Shown here piece by piece: positions 27,782 through 37,096 of a DNA stretch of 44,359 bases. The position numbers were made by a program, and so were the translations under genes. Each line of letters begins with the position of its first letter. Positions within the stretch are counted from its first letter, which is position 1. This DNA comes from an uncultured Spirochaetaceae bacterium (lineage in GTDB: Bacteria > Spirochaetota > Spirochaetia > Treponematales > Treponemataceae). The notes under the pieces were generated by a model, which saw nothing but the letters and a program-made list of their open reading frames with translations, was not told the origin of the DNA and ran no database searches. Location of the stretch: assembly GCA_902803735.1 (NCBI GenBank), contig CADCRJ010000114.1, forward strand, positions 1-44,359. Direction: 5' to 3'.

Positions 27782-28750
27782 CTATTGAATTACAGCCGTA
27801 TCAAAGCCTGATACCAGCGTCGTTGCGGTTTTTATAAGGTTCTCGCGTTCTTCTTCTGACAGAACCGTGTTTTCATGGCAAGAGAACCTTATGTAATCTA
27901 TGCGGCTAAAAAGTCCTACAAAGTCATCAAACAGCTGCTTGATTGTCTCGTCATCAACAAGCGAGTACAGTTCTGAGAACGCTTGCTCCAGTTCTGATGT
28001 AGAAAGAACTGTCATTGTGAAAGCAAAACGTTTTTCCATAAAATTCCGCAGAATTTTTTGGATTTGCTCGCAGAAATTCGCGTCGTCCGAGATTTTTTTT
28101 GAATTCTTTGCGAGTTTTCGTAAGTATTTTAGCGCGCATTTTGAATTTCTGCTCATTGAGTAGTGATTTGTAAATGCCCTGAACAGCTGGATTGCCAGCG
28201 GCAAACGTATGAACGTGTATACTGCCAACGAGAGCAAGAACAGCAGAATGACAGCAATTCCTGCGATGAACCAGATTGTGCCCGGCATGAGCAAAGGTGG
28301 CTGCGGAGGACAGAATGAGGATGCCCCAATTTTTTCTGCAAGCGAGAGTACTGGTATAGGCTGTACGTCGATATAGTAAACAGGGGCGGAATCATTTTTC
28401 TTTGAGAAGCTGATTAACGAGCCAAGGTCAAAGCTAGGAAAGTCTATTTCTCCTGTTTTCCATGGAACAAATGAAATGACAAGAGAGTATTCGACTCCCG
28501 TATGCTCAAGAACGACATTCTCAACTGCACATTCGCTTGCGAAAAAGGAGAAAAATTCTGCGTCAAGCGATACGGAGCTGCTGTCATCAAATGGTGTCAT
28601 AACCATGTCCGAGCGGAAAATAAGCCTGACTTCAGCCCTGTCGCCTATGTACACTTTATTTGGCAGTACGATTTGGGTCACGGATTGCGCAAAAACTAGC
28701 GAAGAGAGAAATATAAAAAATATACTTGAAAAAAATAGCTTTAGTTTCAT
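27782..28750 (-). CDS. Bat-operon membrane protein (signal peptide, Ig-like region, central TM)
   Basis: Position between DUF58 and batA; VYIGD...PWKTG; TM; helical C-terminal part. Confidence 0.65.
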   Translation of the reverse strand: MKLKLFFSSIFFIFLSSLVFAQSVTQIVLPNKVYIGDRAEVRLIFRSDMVMTPFDDSSSVSLDAEFFSFFASECAVENVVLEHTGVEYSLVISFVPWKTGEIDFPSFDLGSLISFSKKNDSAPVYYIDVQPIPVLSLAEKIGASSFCPPQPPLLMPGTIWFIAGIAVILLFLLSLAVYTFIRLPLAIQLFRAFTNHYSMSRNSKCALKYLRKLAKNSKKISDDANFCEQIQKILRNFMEKRFAFTMTVLSTSELEQAFSELYSLVDDETIKQLFDDFVGLFSRIDYIRFSCHENTVLSEEERENLIKTATTLVSGFDTAVIQ

Positions 28751-29679
28751 TTCTTTTGCTTGCTTCCTAAAAATCTTGACAGAGCCAATGAAACGTCTTC
28801 TGCCGTTGATATGACAAGCGGGGAAGCCCCATGTTTTATGCAGAAATCATGCCATACTTCCGAACGGCTTCTGTTGTTCATAAACCATGCCATTTTGAAT
28901 TTCTTTGACGATGTCGGCAAAAGCATTCTTTTTTTTGTTTCAGTATCAAAAAAAGAAACCATACCCAATGACGGCAGTTCCGAGTCGATTGCATCTGTTA
29001 TTCTTACAGCGACAACATCATGTTTTTGACAAAGTGCCGCAAAGCTTTGTTCCCAGCCGCTTACCCTAAAATCAGAAATCACGAAGACAAGCGAGCGTTT
29101 TTTCAAAAGCTGGTACGCGCCTTTCAAGGCGTTTGCAAGTGCGGAACCTTTTACTTTGCAAGACGATATATCGTCAAGCAGCGATAGAATCATCATTGCG
29201 TAGTCCCGTCCTGCTTTTGGCGGAACTGATTTTTGTATCGCACCGTCAAATAGGACGGCTCCGTTTGCTCCTGCGTTGCGTTCAGAAGCGAGCAAAAGCA
29301 GGGCGGCAACCTCGCTTGCTGTCTGGATTTTGAGTCTTGCCTCGTTAGCAGAGGCTGTATTTTTAGAAGTCTGCGGAACGAGGGAACCGGGAACGTAACT
29401 TCCAGTAAACATTGAGAGTGAGCGGTCTACCACAAAAAAAACAGAAAGTTCCCTGTCCTCTTCGTATTGTTTTATAAACGGTCTGCCGAATCTGGCGGTA
29501 ACGTTCCAGTCTATTGAGCGGACGCTGTCTCCTGGCAAATATTCACGTACATCGCTGAATTCAATTCCGTGCCCGCAGGAGAGCGATTTGAAGCTTCCGC
29601 TACGAAGATTCTCTGCCAATGTAAAAGCAAGAAGTTGTAATTGAGCAGACCTTTTAACCAAATTATTAGTTTCAAGCAT
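28747..29679 (-). CDS. DUF58 family protein
   Basis: GIEFSDVREYLPGDSVRSIDWNVTAR...KQYEEDRE...VDRSLSM, VISDF. Confidence 0.93.
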   Translation of the reverse strand: MLETNNLVKRSAQLQLLAFTLAENLRSGSFKSLSCGHGIEFSDVREYLPGDSVRSIDWNVTARFGRPFIKQYEEDRELSVFFVVDRSLSMFTGSYVPGSLVPQTSKNTASANEARLKIQTASEVAALLLLASERNAGANGAVLFDGAIQKSVPPKAGRDYAMMILSLLDDISSCKVKGSALANALKGAYQLLKKRSLVFVISDFRVSGWEQSFAALCQKHDVVAVRITDAIDSELPSLGMVSFFDTETKKRMLLPTSSKKFKMAWFMNNRSRSEVWHDFCIKHGASPLVISTAEDVSLALSRFLGSKQKK

Positions 29680-29700
29680 TTTTAACTCCGCTCAAAGCGT

Positions 29701-30723
29701 TTATGGAAGTGGAACAACTGCAAGAATTTTTTCTATCAAATCATCGCTTGTAACGCCGTCAGCCGAAGCTTCATACGAAAGAACAATCCTGTGCCTTATA
29801 ACGTCGAACGCACAAGCTTTTACATCATCTGGCAGAACAAAAGAGCGACCTGCAAACAAGGCACGAACCTTTGCGCATTGCAAGAGTGCAATTCCTGTTC
29901 TAGGTGAAGCTCCAAAAGAAATGTATTTTGAAAAATCGTCTTTGCGGAGTGATGATACGGCAAGCCGTCCTGTCGTTTTTTTTACGAGGTTAGGGCGGGT
30001 CGCGTTCACAATTGAAACTATGTAACCGATTATTTTTTCATCGCACTTGACGGAATCAACCAATGTACGCATCTCACGAAGCTTTGACGTGTCAAGAATC
30101 TGTCTTACAGGAACTTCTGCAGCCTTTCCCGCTGTCTGTACGATTTGAATTTCTTCTTGTACGGTTGGATAAGGAACGACGATTTTGAGCAAGAACCTGT
30201 CCAGCTCTGCCTCTGGAAGGGAATATGTTCCTTCTTGGTCAATTGGGTTCTGTGTTGCCAGCACGATGAACGGCTGCGGCAATTTGTATGTTTGCTCTCC
30301 GATTGTAACCTGCTGTTCAGCCATTGCTTCAAGCAGAGCTGACTGTACTTTTGCTGGAGAACGGTTTATTTCATCGGCAAGAACAACGTTTGTAAAGACT
30401 GGTCCCTTGCGAACTGAAAACGTTCCCTTATTCTGTTCATAAATAAGAGTTCCGCTTACATCAGCTGGTAGCAAATCAGGCGTAAACTGAATCCTCTTAA
30501 AATCCAGTCCAGAAATTTCTGCAAAGGTCTTTACTGCAAGGGTTTTTGCGAGTCCTGGAACGCCTTCTAGAAGAACGTGTCCTCCGCAGAGCATTGCAGT
30601 AAGAATTCCATCAATGACCTGTGATTGTCCAACAAGGCGTTTTGAAGCTTCTTCGCGGCATAAAGCAACGAGTTTTCTACATATTTCAAATTTTTCCGCG
30701 TTTATATTGCTGTTACTATCCAT
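29701..30723 (-). CDS. MoxR family AAA+ ATPase
   Basis: HVLLEGVPGLAKT, RIQFTPDLLPAD, LADEINR.PAKVQSALLEAM, ATQNPI.QEGTY.LPEA.LDRF, GASPR. Confidence 0.97.
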   Translation of the reverse strand: MDSNSNINAEKFEICRKLVALCREEASKRLVGQSQVIDGILTAMLCGGHVLLEGVPGLAKTLAVKTFAEISGLDFKRIQFTPDLLPADVSGTLIYEQNKGTFSVRKGPVFTNVVLADEINRSPAKVQSALLEAMAEQQVTIGEQTYKLPQPFIVLATQNPIDQEGTYSLPEAELDRFLLKIVVPYPTVQEEIQIVQTAGKAAEVPVRQILDTSKLREMRTLVDSVKCDEKIIGYIVSIVNATRPNLVKKTTGRLAVSSLRKDDFSKYISFGASPRTGIALLQCAKVRALFAGRSFVLPDDVKACAFDVIRHRIVLSYEASADGVTSDDLIEKILAVVPLP

Positions 30724-30856
30724 ACTTCACTCCATTTTTACATTTTTTAGTTGTATAAATTAAAAGAATTAACTTTAAGCGAGTCCCCAACACCGCTTTA
30801 GTCAATTTTTAGCGTTAACCAAAGCTTAAAATATTTTTTGCTGCCTTAATTTTTCA

Positions 30857-30893
30857 ATATTTATACATTTTTTGCATAAAAATGTATAAATAT
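30857..30893. promoter_or_regulatory. perfect 16-5-16 inverted repeat in the divergent promoter region
   Basis: ATATTTATACATTTTT-TGCAT-AAAAATGTATAAATAT, 12 nt upstream of TTGACA at 30906. Confidence 0.55.
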
Positions 30894-30943
30894 GCAATTT
30901 ATCAATTGACACTAAATATTTTAAGAAGGTAAGATAATTTATC

Positions 30944-32239
30944 ATGTTAAACCCATTAGCACAAGAATTGAATACGGCACTTGCCGGAACAACTGCCGGA
31001 ACTTTGCTTTCCGACCTCGGAACCCGGATTTACTTTCCAAAGGGTATTATTGCTCAGAGCGCAGAAGCTAAAAAGCTGGGAAAAACAGCAAATGCTACTA
31101 TTGGAACTGCTTTGATAAATGGTACGCCTATCATTCTTCCTGCAGTACATAAGTTTGCGCCAGAATTGTCAGCAGGACAGCTTGTTTCCTATGCTCCAAC
31201 CGCAGGAATTCCTGAGTTGCGAACTCTGTGGAAAGATAAATTGTATGCAAAAAATCCCGGACTGAAAGGAAAAAATATATCTTTGCCAGTCGTTGTGCCG
31301 GGCTTAACAGCAGGAATTTCTTTCCTCTCGGACTTGTTCGTAGATGAAAAACATCCTCTATTGGCTGCTGACCCAAGTTGGGACAACTACGCGCTTATCG
31401 TTGAGGCTCGCAGAAATTCTGAGCTACACCAGTTCTCAATGTTCAAGGACGGAAAATTCGATATAGATTCGTTCAAAGCAGCTTTGGCTAATGAAGCAAA
31501 AACTGTTGGTTCTGTTCGCGTTATCTTGAATTTCCCTCAGAACCCAAGCGGCTATTCACCTACTGTAAATGAGGCTGAGCAGATTGTTGCAGCTGTCAAA
31601 GCAGAGGCGGAGAAAGGCACGAAAATTATTGTTTGGGACGATGATGCATATTTTGGTCTTAACTATGAGAAAGATATTTATCCTCAGTCATTGTTTGCTG
31701 AACTTTGTGATTTGCACGAGAATGTTCTTGCAATAAAGATTGACGGTCCGACAAAAGAAGATTTTGCTTGGGGATTCAGAAATGGATTCATCACTTTTGG
31801 TGGCAAGGGAATGTCAGAAGCTCATTATGATGCTCTTGTCAAAAAATTGATGGGACTTATCCGCTCGTCTGTTTCTTGTTCAACAACACCTTCTCAGAAC
31901 ATGATTCTTGGAGCTATAAAGGATGCAAACCTTGAGGCTCAGAAGCTTGAATACCGCACAATTCTTGAGAACAGGTACACAATAGTACGTACATTCGTTG
32001 ACAGCCACCCTTCAAAGGTTCTTAAAGCCTTGCCATTCAATTCAGGCTACTTTATGAGCTTTGCTTTGAGCGGAGTTGACGCAGAGGAGCTTCGTTTGGC
32101 ACTCTTGAACAACAAGGGAATTGGAACTATCGCGATTGACTCAAAAACACTCCGTGTAGCATTCAGTTCTTTGGATGATGATAAAATTGTTCCTGTCTTT
32201 GAGGCAATTTACCAAGAAGCAGAGAATCTTGCAAAATAA
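30944..32239 (+). CDS. class I/II PLP-dependent aminotransferase
   Basis: NATIG, YAPTAG.PELR, NFPQNPSGY, DDAY, KIDGPTKEDFAWGFR, LRVAFS. Confidence 0.9.
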   Translation: MLNPLAQELNTALAGTTAGTLLSDLGTRIYFPKGIIAQSAEAKKLGKTANATIGTALINGTPIILPAVHKFAPELSAGQLVSYAPTAGIPELRTLWKDKLYAKNPGLKGKNISLPVVVPGLTAGISFLSDLFVDEKHPLLAADPSWDNYALIVEARRNSELHQFSMFKDGKFDIDSFKAALANEAKTVGSVRVILNFPQNPSGYSPTVNEAEQIVAAVKAEAEKGTKIIVWDDDAYFGLNYEKDIYPQSLFAELCDLHENVLAIKIDGPTKEDFAWGFRNGFITFGGKGMSEAHYDALVKKLMGLIRSSVSCSTTPSQNMILGAIKDANLEAQKLEYRTILENRYTIVRTFVDSHPSKVLKALPFNSGYFMSFALSGVDAEELRLALLNNKGIGTIAIDSKTLRVAFSSLDDDKIVPVFEAIYQEAENLAK

Positions 32240-32254
32240 TTCAAAATAAGTAAC

Positions 32255-32295
32255 AATAAAAAGCGGAGACTGAGATACAGTCTCCGCTTTTTATT
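32255..32295. terminator. 18-bp perfect hairpin (bidirectional-terminator-like) abutting the next ATG
   Basis: AATAAAAAGCGGAGACTG-AGATA-CAGTCTCCGCTTTTTATT, then ATG at 32296. Confidence 0.75.
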
Positions 32296-33555
32296 ATGAA
32301 AAAATATTCGTCTTTTATAAGTATCCTTTCGATTTTCGTTGTAACATTCTCGTTTGTATCGTGCAAAAAAAGCTACAAGACCGTAACTATTTGGACAGAT
32401 CAAGCAGAACTTGTCTCTTATGCGGAGTTGTTCAATTCCCAGCACGAGTATACAAAGGCTGTTGTCGTTTACAAAGAGTATATACCAGCGTCGTTGCCTC
32501 TTGCAAAGGATGAGAAGGCTCCAGACATTATAATAGGTTCTTGGCTTAAAAATAAGAAGCTCAAAAAAAATTTTGCTCCAATTTCAAATATTTTTGGGAA
32601 AAATAAAATCCCAAAAAATTCTTTTTATGAATCGATGCTGAATTACGGTAAGTTTGGCACTCAACAATATCTTTTGCCAGTAAGCTTCAATTTGCCTGTA
32701 ATAATTTTTTCTTCAAAGAATGAAAGCTTTGTCAATGAAGATTTTACGCTCACAATCAAGCAAATAAGGGATATCGCCGGTGGCTTTAACGATAAGAACA
32801 AGAAGGGAATATTTACTAACATGGGATTTGCTCCCTCTTGGGATCCAGCTTTTCTTTATACGGCAGCAAAATTAAGCGGAGTTGATTTTAGTGAAAAAAA
32901 TGGCGAATTTGTATGGAACAAAGATAAGCTCGAACAGCTTACAAGGTATATAAAGGCTTGGAGTTCTGAGCTGAACGAATCTACCGTTGTTGAGCAAGAT
33001 TTTGCTTTCAAATATCTTTATACGCCGAGTTATAAGCAGATTGCTTTAGGAAGATGTTTATTTTCTTATACAACAAGTAATAAACTTTTTAGCTTGTTGC
33101 CAGAGCAGATTGAGGACACGGACTTCCGCTGGCTTTCTGATGGAAAATCTATAATTGCGGAAGATGACATAACAATGCTTGCTCTTTACAAAAAGTCAAG
33201 GTTTTCAAAAACAGCCCTGGATTTTATAAAATGGTTCTTTACCGAGGAGAACCAAAAAGAGATGATGCAGCGAATTGCAAGAATGAATTTGAATACAAAC
33301 GCATTTGGAATTGCAAACGGCTTTTCGGCACTAAAAACTATGAACGAGCATAATTTTCACTTGTTCTATAAAAGTTTGATTGGTAACCTGCCTCCTGAAG
33401 AATTTATTCAGGCACCTCAAGAATTGCCTAGCCGCTGGGAAAGCCTAAAAAGCCGAGTAGTTGTTCCATATCTTGCGGATGTTACGAATACGAATTTGAC
33501 TAACATTCAGTCAATGGAGGACAGGCTTAACGCTTGGTCAAAACAGTTCAACTGA
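32296..33555 (+). CDS. extracellular solute-binding lipoprotein (ABC sugar-binding-like)
   Basis: Lipobox FSFVSC, TIWTD, APDIIIG, G.QYLLPVSFNLP, A..FIKWF...E.Q. Confidence 0.75.
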   Translation: MKKYSSFISILSIFVVTFSFVSCKKSYKTVTIWTDQAELVSYAELFNSQHEYTKAVVVYKEYIPASLPLAKDEKAPDIIIGSWLKNKKLKKNFAPISNIFGKNKIPKNSFYESMLNYGKFGTQQYLLPVSFNLPVIIFSSKNESFVNEDFTLTIKQIRDIAGGFNDKNKKGIFTNMGFAPSWDPAFLYTAAKLSGVDFSEKNGEFVWNKDKLEQLTRYIKAWSSELNESTVVEQDFAFKYLYTPSYKQIALGRCLFSYTTSNKLFSLLPEQIEDTDFRWLSDGKSIIAEDDITMLALYKKSRFSKTALDFIKWFFTEENQKEMMQRIARMNLNTNAFGIANGFSALKTMNEHNFHLFYKSLIGNLPPEEFIQAPQELPSRWESLKSRVVVPYLADVTNTNLTNIQSMEDRLNAWSKQFN

Positions 33556-33655
33556 TAAATTTGTGTCGATTTTAGCGAATTTCATTAATTGTAGCTGTTT
33601 GGTCTTTGTAAAAGCTGTTGCAAGCTAGAATTCATGCAGTTATAACAAATTTCTC

Positions 33656-33682
33656 TAAATAAAAAAAATCCACATCCGATAA
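33656..33682 (+). promoter_or_regulatory. sigma28 (FliA) promoter
   Basis: TAAA(33656-33659)-N15-TCCGATAA(33675-33682), one mismatch to consensus. Confidence 0.65.
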
Positions 33683-33718
33683 ATTTAATAGATGTTATGA
33701 CCTATAAGGGGTGTGGAT

Positions 33719-34102
33719 ATGGTCGATGCAATTTCTATTAATCCGTTTTCTTACAATTCTGTTGTATCTGGTAGCAACAAACTGTATGTGCCTGTAAATC
33801 CAGCTTTAGTTATTTACTCGCACTTTGAGCATGTTTCGGGGATAGCGGCAAAACCACAGCAGCATGGTGTTTCAATCAGTAAAATTCAAATTCTGAATAC
33901 TCTGATTGACCAGCTTGTTTCTATGAAAAACAAGCCGTCGCTGGATGCTAAAACTCGTGAGATTGATGCAGAGCACATTGATGCGTTGATAGACACGTAT
34001 CAAGCGAAAATTCAGACGTCGGTGCAGATGGCTCAGGCAACAGGTTATGGTCTTGCTGGAGTGTCGCCACAAGCAGGTGTGCTGTTCAGCCTTGACGTGT
34101 AA
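33719..34102 (+). CDS. hypothetical protein (127 aa)
   Basis: AAGGGG SD 7 nt before ATG; no recognised domain; ends GVLFSLDV. Confidence 0.75.
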   Translation: MVDAISINPFSYNSVVSGSNKLYVPVNPALVIYSHFEHVSGIAAKPQQHGVSISKIQILNTLIDQLVSMKNKPSLDAKTREIDAEHIDALIDTYQAKIQTSVQMAQATGYGLAGVSPQAGVLFSLDV

Positions 34103-34286
34103 TTTCTTTTAATACAAACAAATACCGCAAAATCTTCTTATGGTGTAAAAACACATACTGTATCTATTTTCGTCTCGTGATTGTTTTTTTGAGTAGGGCG
34201 ATTATGGCAGAAGTGTGTGTTTTTATCACATTCATCAATAATTCATTTTTTTTCTTACGTTATTTTCAATTCTGCCCGTTCTAAGT

Positions 34287-34315
34287 TTGACATTACAAAT
34301 CTGATACTGTATTAT
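34287..34315 (+). promoter_or_regulatory. sigma70 promoter of rny
   Basis: TTGACA-N17-TATTAT. Confidence 0.65.
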
Positions 34316-34356
34316 AGATTGATTTACTTTTCTAAAATTTAAAGGGGAATTAAAAA

Positions 34357-35892
34357 ATGAATAGAGCAAGGATTCTGTTCATAGTTCTCCCTGTTTTTGG
34401 AATTGTTCTTGGATGGATTATTCGATGGCTTTATGCCAGATTTCAATTATCTGCTTCCGAACAAAAAGCGGAACGTGTTAAACAGGATGCAATAAAAGAA
34501 GCTGAAGCACAGAAAAAGGAAATTTTGCTTGAAGCGAAAGACCAACTCATTCGCGAACGAAACCAGCAGGAACGGGAGAATCGTGACAGACGATCTGAAA
34601 TCCAGCGTTACGAATCTAGAGTTAACAAAAAAGAGGAGCTGCTTGACAAGCGTTCCATGGAATTTGACAAGAAAGAGAAGGAATACGAAGAGCGTGTCAA
34701 TTCTATGAAAAAACGCGAGCAGCTCATTGCGCAGCAAGAAGAGACTTACAGGCAGGAGCTTGAAAGGCTTTCTGGCTTGTCTGTGCAGGAAGCTAAAAAG
34801 CTGATAATCAAGAATCTTGAGAATGATGCTCGCCATGATGCGCAGGTTCTTCTCAATAAAATTGAGCAAGATGCTCAGCTCTCTGCTGAGAAAAAAGCTC
34901 AGGAGATTCTTGTTTCGACAATTCAGCGCATTGCGACGGAGACCACTAGCGATATAACTGTTGCGACGGTTTCTTTGCCAAGCGATGAGATGAAGGGAAG
35001 GATTATCGGTCGTGAGGGACGCAATATCAGGACGCTTGAAACGCTTACCGGTGTAGACATAATCATAGATGATACGCCAGAAGCTGTTGTCATCAGCTGT
35101 TTTGACCCTGTACGCAAGGAGATTGCAAAGCAGGCTCTTGAGCGACTTGTTACTGATGGAAGAATCCATCCTGCTCGTATCGAAGAGATTGTGCAGAAAG
35201 TAACAAGAGAAATTCAGCAAAAGATTTACGAGGAAGGAGAGAAAGTTCTCTTCGAGCTTGGAATCCATAATATGAATCAGGAAGGCGTTCGTGCGTTGGG
35301 AAGACTTTACTTCCGTACAAGTTACGGACAGAACGTACTTACTCATTCAAAAGAGGTTGCTGAGATTGCAAGTTTGCTTGCAGCCGAGGTTGGGGCAAAC
35401 AAGGAGCTTGCAAAACGAGCTGCTTTGTTGCATGACATCGGTAAGGGCGCAGAGAATGACAGCGACCAGAACCATGCAGAGGTTGGAGCTGAGATGGCTC
35501 GTAAGATGGGCGAGAATGCAAGCGTTATTAATGCGATTGCGGCTCACCATAATGACGTTGAGGCTACGACTCTCGAAGCTGTTATTGTTCAGATTGCTGA
35601 TGCTATTAGTGCTGCTCGCCCTGGTGCCAGAAGGGAGACGGTTGACAATTATGTTAAACGCCTTGAAAACCTTGAGGAAACTGCCGAGAAGTTTACTGGT
35701 GTTGAAAAGGCTTATGCTATTCAGGCCGGTCGTGAGCTGAGAATTCTCGTAAACAATGAGAAAATTCCTGACGGCGAGGTTAAAGAGCTTGCTCAGAAGA
35801 TTGCGAAGCAAATCGAAAGTGACTTGCGTTATCCAGGCCGCATAAAATTGACAATGATTAGAGAAACCCGCATCGTTGAGTATGCGAGATAG
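34357..35892 (+). CDS. rny: ribonuclease Y
   Basis: N-terminal TM, coiled coil, KH domain (MKGRIIGREGRNIR), HD domain (LLHDIGK, AAHH, ADAISAARPGAR). Confidence 0.99.
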   Translation: MNRARILFIVLPVFGIVLGWIIRWLYARFQLSASEQKAERVKQDAIKEAEAQKKEILLEAKDQLIRERNQQERENRDRRSEIQRYESRVNKKEELLDKRSMEFDKKEKEYEERVNSMKKREQLIAQQEETYRQELERLSGLSVQEAKKLIIKNLENDARHDAQVLLNKIEQDAQLSAEKKAQEILVSTIQRIATETTSDITVATVSLPSDEMKGRIIGREGRNIRTLETLTGVDIIIDDTPEAVVISCFDPVRKEIAKQALERLVTDGRIHPARIEEIVQKVTREIQQKIYEEGEKVLFELGIHNMNQEGVRALGRLYFRTSYGQNVLTHSKEVAEIASLLAAEVGANKELAKRAALLHDIGKGAENDSDQNHAEVGAEMARKMGENASVINAIAAHHNDVEATTLEAVIVQIADAISAARPGARRETVDNYVKRLENLEETAEKFTGVEKAYAIQAGRELRILVNNEKIPDGEVKELAQKIAKQIESDLRYPGRIKLTMIRETRIVEYAR

Positions 35893-35895
35893 GTG

Positions 35896-35926
35896 AAAAA
35901 CCTCCTGAAATTCAGGAGGTTTTTTT
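35896..35926 (+). terminator. intrinsic terminator after rny
   Basis: AAAAACCTCCTGAA-A-TTCAGGAGG followed by a T run. Confidence 0.85.
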
Positions 35927-35973
35927 ATAAAAACTTGACTAAATATTTAGTTTGATATAAAACTATTTTTAAT

Positions 35974-37089
35974 ATGTCTGAAGAAAATTTTATGCGTTTG
36001 GCAATTGAAGAAGCCAAAAAAGGCGAAGGCTTTACCCACCCTAACCCGCTTGTTGGTGCGGTGTTGGTCAAAAACGGCGAGGTTTTGGCAACTGGCTATC
36101 ATCACCGCTACGGCAATTTGCACGCAGAACGCGATTGCTTGAAGAATGCTCGCGAAAAGGGCATTGACCCGCACGGCGCGACGATGTTCGTGACGCTTGA
36201 GCCTTGCTGCCACACGGGGAAGCAGCCGCCCTGCACTCAGGCGATTATTGAGGCGGGGATTTCAAAGGTGGTTATTGGCAGCCGCGACCCGAACAATCTT
36301 GTGAACGGCAAGGGCGTGGAACAGCTCAAGGCTGCGGGTATCGAGGTTGTGCAGGACTTTTTGAAAGAAGAATGTGATAAGCTTAACGAAGTTTTCTTCT
36401 ATTATATTACGCATAAAATGCCTTATGTCATTCTGAAATATGCGATGACGGCTGACGGCAGAACGGCGACCGTTTCGGGCAAAAGCAAGTGGATTACGGG
36501 CGAAAAGGCTCGCGAGAATGTGCATAGAACGCGCGCTAGCGTTGCCGCAGTTATGACGGGAATAGGCACAGTGAAAGCCGACGACCCGCTTTTGACTTGC
36601 CGACTCGACGACGGAAAAGAGCACCATCAGCCAGAGCGCATTGTTATCGATAGCAATCTTGAAATACCCGAGGAAAGCGCGCTCGTGAAGTCTGCAAAAA
36701 CGTCGAAAGTTACCGTGATTTACGGATATTTCAATCCGCACACGAGCGACATGCGGGAGTGGCTTTTTTATCAAGGCGTTGAAACAGCAAGTTTCCGCTT
36801 GGTCGAAAAGCACAGAATCAACATAAAAGAAGTGCTTGAATATCTTGCTGAAAGAGGAATCGACAGCATTCTTGTCGAAAGTGGCGGAGAGTTGGCGGCT
36901 TCTGTTTTGCCCTTTGCGAACGAGGTCCACGCATACGTTGCGCCAAAGATTTTCGGAGGAGTTTCCGATATTCGCGTGCCAATTCGCGGCGAGGGCGTGG
37001 ACAGCCCAGATGACGCGGTGCAGTTCAGATTGGCGGGCGTGGAGCAATTCGGCGACGATGTTTTGCTGAAATACAAAAGGGAGCTTTAG
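35974..37089 (+). CDS. ribD: riboflavin biosynthesis deaminase/reductase
   Basis: PNPLVGAV, HAE, TLEPCCH.GKQPPC, K.AMTADG, SKWITG, T..ADDPLLT, LVESGG. Confidence 0.97.
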   Translation: MSEENFMRLAIEEAKKGEGFTHPNPLVGAVLVKNGEVLATGYHHRYGNLHAERDCLKNAREKGIDPHGATMFVTLEPCCHTGKQPPCTQAIIEAGISKVVIGSRDPNNLVNGKGVEQLKAAGIEVVQDFLKEECDKLNEVFFYYITHKMPYVILKYAMTADGRTATVSGKSKWITGEKARENVHRTRASVAAVMTGIGTVKADDPLLTCRLDDGKEHHQPERIVIDSNLEIPEESALVKSAKTSKVTVIYGYFNPHTSDMREWLFYQGVETASFRLVEKHRINIKEVLEYLAERGIDSILVESGGELAASVLPFANEVHAYVAPKIFGGVSDIRVPIRGEGVDSPDDAVQFRLAGVEQFGDDVLLKYKREL

Positions 37090-37096
37090 AGAGAAA

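Noticed and set aside
34447-35346. 299-aa minus-strand ORF (and similar ones at 19452-20120, 19835-20431, 38206-39042)
   Set aside because: Antisense to rny, the kinase and ribBA; explained by codon bias on the coding strand.
35893-35973. FMN riboswitch before ribD
   Set aside because: Gap is too short and lacks the conserved FMN aptamer sequences.
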